NCBI GenBank assembly: GCA_036339735.1
Contig: JAYZAL010000028.1
Span: forward strand, 1-20,483
Length of the DNA stretch: 20,483 bases
From: Candidatus Poribacteria bacterium
Lineage (GTDB): Bacteria; Poribacteria; WGA-4E; UBA9662
Direction of reading: 5' to 3'
Part shown: positions 17,084 through 20,483 of the stretch, piece after piece
Layout: every line of letters starts with the position of its first letter
How positions within the stretch are numbered: position 1 is the first letter of the stretch
The notes under the pieces: generated by a model
The model's database searches: none
What the model saw: the letters and a program-made list of their open reading frames with translations, nothing else
Told to the model about the DNA's origin: nothing
Position numbers and translations under genes: made by a program

Positions 17084-17863
17084 TTATAAGTGAGAACTAA
17101 TTTTACTGGTGTCTGTTAAAGCCGAGGTTAAAAATGATCTGTTACTCATTTCAAATGCGAAAAGTATTATAGGAGTACAGATAAGGTGCGACTCTTGCAA
17201 GATTGCTTTCGTTATATTAAATTCATTGATTAGAACTTTTCCCAATTCAACATCCCTAAACTGTCGCAAATCCTTTTGTAGTTTGCCAATGATTTTCCGC
17301 GACTTTATGTCCGCTAAACTGAGGTGTGGTAGCTACCCTTCACCTTCTAAAGAATAGAGTGGAATCTGAGTTACATCTTGGTGAAATCTTTCCTGTAAAT
17401 GATTGATAATTCTATCGTCATCGACTTCACAAATAACAAAACTACCCAAAGCGTTAATTCCTTTTAACAATACTGTAAAAGAGGACATCCGGAGGATGAT
17501 ATCTTCGGTTTTCTTTATACTTGAGCCAAGTATTTCTGTCGTGATATCGTATTCCTATTACTTCTGATCAACCAAAAACCCTATCCATTTGACAGTGATA
17601 TGATAGTATTCCTCAAGCATGAAACAGAGACCATCGAAACCAACTAAAAACGAAGAAAATTGCTAAATTTGATTGATTATTTCAGAGTGTCGAATGGGTA
17701 TATTAATAGCCAAACTGGTTTTTCGCCCCTCAAATCCAGCTACTTGATTGGGATCATATGGATTCGGGGAAAAAACATTTTGGAAATGCTGCCAGATTTG
17801 ATCAAACTTCTTTGCATGAATGTTTATTAACGAAGTATCCGTTTTAATGTTTTGTTTTGGCAT
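17084..17863 (-). pseudogene. 2H phosphoesterase (2'-5' RNA ligase/ThpR-LigT-like) interrupted by four in-frame stops
   Basis: The track ORFs 17663-17863 and 17084-17269 share one 260-codon frame. Reading through TAG (17663-17665), TAA TAG (17555-17560) and TAG (17333-17335) gives both catalytic motifs: YYHITVKWIG (His 17600-17602) and *LPHLSLA (His 17324-17326). Confidence 0.85.
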
Positions 17864-18077
17864 TTCGAATCAAAGTATCTTATTCTTATCACCCATACAT
17901 AATAGAAAAATAGAGCATAATGATTTAAATTTGTTACTCAGCTATAGATCACGAATTTTGGCCAGAGATATTCTGATCAGTAATTCTGGAGGAAATAAGC
18001 ACAAGGTCTATTGCGAGATCATTTCGTTAAACAAGCCACACATCAGCACCAATTATGCCAAAAAGTAAAACTAAGAT

Positions 18078-18130
18078 ATGGGTAAGGAACTGACCTTTCT
18101 ATCTCATAAGAGTCAGTTTCTTATACCCAT
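18078..18130. repeat. Imperfect inverted repeat / long hairpin
   Basis: ATGGGTA-AGGAACTGAC pairs with GTCAGTTTCT-ta-TACCCAT (17 bp, one G-U, 2-nt bulge). Confidence 0.7.
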
Positions 18131-18755
18131 CCAATGCAACAATTATTAGCAGAATGGTGAATGTTATTTCATCAAGTATCGTAAATCATTCTGTGTTTAT
18201 TGTAATAGAAAGATAGCGGCCCCAGCCTAATTCATCTATTCTCAATTACCAGCTGAATACTTAGGTAATCGAAAAAAACTAAACACATTTCAATTAAGTT
18301 GATAATGCTTAATTATAGATAATCATCACCTTTGAATGCTTCAGTCAAGTGAACGAGAATTGTTCAAGAAAATAAAGGGTTATAAAACATCTAGAAAATC
18401 AACTGGTCGGAAGACACAAATTCTAGATGAAACGACCTGTCGAAAAAGTGTGAGTTCCCTATATGGTTAGCAACTAGACGGACATTAAATTGATGTGAAA
18501 GTAACTACAATAGTGAAAGGTGTTCAATAAGCTATTTAGAACAAGGATTTAAGCAAACAGAAAATCTAGCCTGAAACATAGGATTACGTTATTACCGTGG
18601 CAGCTTAATTCAGCAGATATGTCTACTCTAATCGAAACACCAACGAACACAACAGAGCACATCGATCCTTTTGTATACAGTAAACTTGTAAGAATTAGAT
18701 CAGATCAGACGTTACTTCAGATCTTTGCAATTTGTTGTGGAGTTAAATCGACTTT

Positions 18756-19871
18756 ATGATACGAAAAATTAGTTTGATTTTACTGGTTCTGTCGCATTTA
18801 TTTGGTTGTTCAGAAAATGAGCAAGATCTTGGTGGAGTGGCTATAGTTAAGCAAACTTCTCCTATTGTCGGCAGTGAAATTAATCCAAGTGGGTTTATTA
18901 TCATTAGTTTTGATAATGATAATAATATCGAAAATGGAACTGTTTTTGTTAACGGTCAGTCATTAACTCTTTCTATAAATCGGGCCAAGATCGAATATGC
19001 CAATCTGCCATTAGGTCAGGTGACAAATTTCATCGTTTCATGGAAAAACACAGATGGTAGTACTGATTCCTTTAATGCCAGTTTCCAAGTGGTTGAGGTT
19101 GTATTGACAAGGAAAAGGATCGATACGCCGAAAAAAATAACGTGGGATAAAGATAATAAAGGAATGGTTCTAATCTCATCTGGCTCATTTGAAATGGGGG
19201 ATTCGAAAAATGAACCAGATGGATTAATGGAGAATGCACAGCCAGTACATGTAGTCGATCTAAATGCCTTTTACATAGATATTACTGAAGTGACAGTCGG
19301 TGAATTTAAGCAGTTTTTGCTGAAAAGCGGATATCAGTATAATGGGAATTGGGATAATGTAAACCTTTGCTCGCCGAGTGACGATCATCCAATGGTCTAT
19401 GTTAATTGGAATGATGCCATAGCGTATGCTGAATGGTCAGGCAAACGGTTGCCGACGGAGGCCGAATGGGAAAAAGCGGCTCGTGGTAATTTAAAGGGCC
19501 AACGTTATGTTTGGGGTGACGAGCTTAAGTTTGCTAATCATTATGCTAATTTTAATGGTAAGCAAGGTAAAGATGAGTGGGATCAAACAACGGCCCCAGT
19601 CGCAAGTCTATCTCCTAATGGATATGGATTGTACGATATAGTAGGTAACGTTAGTGAATGGTGTGCTGATTCGTACAGTAAAGATTATTACTTGGATTCC
19701 CCGAAGAAAGATCCAAAGGGACCAGCATCAAGCCCGAAAGGATTACGAGTTACACGAGGAGGGGCTTGGCTTAACTGTGCCTATTATTTGCGTGTGGCTT
19801 ACCGTAGCTTCAATTTCCCGCAAGTTAAGAACTCCTACTATGGTTTTCGGTGTGTCGTAGGGTTACCTTAA
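18756..19871 (+). CDS. Lipoprotein with Ig-like N-domain and formylglycine-generating enzyme (SUMF1/FGE-sulfatase) family domain
   Basis: Lipobox LFG-C18. FEMGD, PVHVVDL, TEVTVGEF, HPMVYVNWNDA, KRLPTEAEWEKAARG, NGYGLYDIVGNVSEWC, RGGAW and GFRC. Confidence 0.92.
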   Translation: MIRKISLILLVLSHLFGCSENEQDLGGVAIVKQTSPIVGSEINPSGFIIISFDNDNNIENGTVFVNGQSLTLSINRAKIEYANLPLGQVTNFIVSWKNTDGSTDSFNASFQVVEVVLTRKRIDTPKKITWDKDNKGMVLISSGSFEMGDSKNEPDGLMENAQPVHVVDLNAFYIDITEVTVGEFKQFLLKSGYQYNGNWDNVNLCSPSDDHPMVYVNWNDAIAYAEWSGKRLPTEAEWEKAARGNLKGQRYVWGDELKFANHYANFNGKQGKDEWDQTTAPVASLSPNGYGLYDIVGNVSEWCADSYSKDYYLDSPKKDPKGPASSPKGLRVTRGGAWLNCAYYLRVAYRSFNFPQVKNSYYGFRCVVGLP

Positions 19872-19970
19872 CCACTTATTATCATAGGTTTTGTCAGGCC
19901 TTTTTACCGTTCATAAAAAACCACAACAAAAAAATCCCACATATGTCGAAAGACGAAAAGGAGAAAACCC

Positions 19971-20483
19971 ATGAGGCCCGAAAGAATCCCCATTAACAGT
20001 GTGATACCCGCCGTTTTGACGCCATTCAATAAACAAATGGAAGTTGACTATGACGAATTCGGTCGACATGTGCAGGATGTATGCTCCGTTGACGGTGTCA
20101 CTGCCATCATGGTAAACGGCGCATCGATGGAGGACAATACCCTCACGCGGAACGAGAAAAGAGTTTTGATCGAAAAGGCCATTGATGCCTCTGGTGGCAA
20201 AATGCCAATCATCGCCGCAGTTCGCGAATCCAAAATCGAGTCGGATCTAGGCCTACTGGCCAAAGATGCAGAGGAGGCTGGGGCCGAAGCCATTTTGGTC
20301 ATGCCGATTAACAATAAAGTTTACACAACCGTGAACGGAGCGCTGGAGCGATTCGGAAAGGTGTTTGATAATTGTGATCTGCCCGTTGCTTTTTATCAAG
20401 TTAACCCCGATGGATTTGGTTATCCTGTTGAAACAATGATGGCCCTAGCAGAGCAAGAACGTATCTTTGCCGTCAAAGAGGGC
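19971..20483 (+). CDS. Dihydrodipicolinate synthase (DHDPS/NAL) family class I aldolase, partial; probably not true DapA
   Basis: AAGGAG SD, then MRPERIPINSVIPAVLTPF..VDY..GVTAIMVNGASME..AEEAGAEAILVMP..LPVAFYQ..IFAVKEG. Open for 171 codons to the window end; absent from the ORF track. Confidence 0.9.
   Translation, partial: MRPERIPINSVIPAVLTPFNKQMEVDYDEFGRHVQDVCSVDGVTAIMVNGASMEDNTLTRNEKRVLIEKAIDASGGKMPIIAAVRESKIESDLGLLAKDAEEAGAEAILVMPINNKVYTTVNGALERFGKVFDNCDLPVAFYQVNPDGFGYPVETMMALAEQERIFAVKEG

Noticed and set aside
17084..17863. Stop-codon reassignment explaining the in-frame TAG/TAA codons
   Set aside because: Intact genes here end at expected positions with TAA (5488-5490), TGA (6427-6429) and TAG (7444-7446, 13433-13435), and none needs readthrough.
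18336..18610. Faint resemblance to a lytic transglycosylase (QLDGH*, YNS, GVQ*AI, PET*DYV)
   Set aside because: It needs many stops and frameshifts, and the catalytic ES and GLxQ motifs are absent. It cannot be supported without BLASTX.
20048..20314. Minus-strand 88-aa ORF, and similarly the antisense or off-frame ORFs at 4722, 5325, 5811, 6230, 6237, 8723, 9900, 10136, 13731, 14323, 14836, 16342 and 19654
   Set aside because: They overlap well-supported genes and have no independent features.

Overview
AT-rich bacterial chromosomal window (about 40% GC by spot counts), most likely from Candidatus Poribacteria. That assignment is inferred from the LamG protein ending ...DKLAITWAKVKQ, a dockerin plus NPFNPxT/FlgD-Ig tail remnant and an FGE-sulfatase lipoprotein. 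It holds 12 apparently intact CDSs, two of which run off the window and are missing from the ORF track: a >1330-aa secreted beta-propeller/tandem Ig-repeat protein (1-3994, minus) and a divergent DHDPS-family aldolase (19971-end). The others are a LamG protein, a sugar-phosphate isomerase plus MDR dehydrogenase pair, a secreted propeller protein, a pirin, a TIGR01777 epimerase-like protein, a HEAT/Zn-finger protein, a ZnuD-like TonB-dependent receptor, NagD and the FGE-family lipoprotein. Reading the 'intergenic' DNA by hand reveals more. There is a full-length 2H-phosphoesterase pseudogene with four in-frame stops directly upstream of nagD, and a decayed dockerin plus C-terminal sorting-domain pseudogene. 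A near-perfect Zur-type box overlaps an extended -10 promoter upstream of the TonB receptor, and a cluster of hairpins lies at 18.08-18.55 kb. I saw no rRNA, tRNA, CRISPR array or mobile element. All family assignments come from motif recognition by eye; no searches were run.
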